Shown here: positions 63,944-64,000 of the stretch, piece by piece
Layout: every line of letters starts with the position of its first letter
Position numbering within the stretch: the first letter of the stretch is position 1
NCBI GenBank assembly: GCA_963814345.1
Contig: CAWFCT010000022.1
Location: 171,693 to 235,692 of the forward strand
Source: an uncultured Gemmatimonadaceae bacterium
GTDB taxonomy: Bacteria > Gemmatimonadota > Gemmatimonadetes > Gemmatimonadales > Gemmatimonadaceae
Length of the DNA: 64,000 bases
Direction: 5' to 3'
Program-made: the position numbers and the translations under genes
The notes under the pieces: model-generated
Seen by the model: only the letters and a program-made list of their open reading frames with translations
Told to the model about the DNA's origin: nothing
Database searches by the model: none

Positions 63944-64000
63944 AGCGCCGCTCGCTGGCCCTGCTGGCCGCCGCGCCGATGGCCGCCTGCATGATCGGTC
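63940..64000 (+). CDS. Probable efflux outer-membrane factor lipoprotein, 3'-truncated (first 20 codons only)
   Basis: ATGA overlap with the RND gene. MKRRSLALLAAAPMAACMIG has a signal peptide and a lipobox Cys. The identity is inferred from operon position only. Confidence 0.5.
   Translation, partial: MKRRSLALLAAAPMAACMIG

Overview
By eye this is a high-GC bacterial chromosomal segment (GC not computed). Genes are densely packed and almost all lie on the + strand. Gene content and style suggest a Gemmatimonadota-like organism, but I cannot verify that.

The window has five blocks:
1. 1-7.6 kb, housekeeping: yggS (5'-truncated), divIVA, purine nucleoside phosphorylase, ileS, a DksA/TraR zinc finger, two tandem lspA copies and a frameshifted rluD.
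2. 7.6-27 kb, the most unusual part: a tightly coupled, roughly 19-gene cluster. A chemotaxis-type pathway (3-4 CheW, CheY, CheA, CheC, CheR, CheD, CheB, with no MCP anywhere in the window) is interleaved with an MglA/MglB Ras-like polarity GTPase module. That module carries two extra Roadblock/LC7 domains, two PATAN(DUF4388)-TPR proteins, three further TPR proteins, a protein built from two DnaA/Hda-type AAA+ modules with no DNA-binding domain, and an ExeA-like ATPase.
3. About 27 kb: a small candidate leaderless membrane ORF, tRNA-Val(TAC) and a secreted TPR protein.
4. 29.2-47 kb, the dcw cell-division/wall cluster: rsmH-ftsL-ftsI-murE-murF-mraY-murD-ftsW-murG-murC-ftsQ-ftsA-[ogt, reverse strand]-ftsZ-LytM. 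It has no mraZ, murB or ddl.
5. 47-64 kb: a vWA-like membrane protein, ftsY, recG, a small accessory-looking stretch (two exported hypotheticals, di-haem cytochrome c peroxidase, a hypothetical, a large M14 peptidase with RGG tails) and the start of an RND efflux operon (MFP-RND-OMF).

No CRISPR array, IS element, integrase or rRNA was seen. Many very long ORFs in the track are antisense or out-of-frame shadows typical of high-GC DNA, and I rejected them.

All protein-family calls rest on motif recognition by eye. No database search was run.
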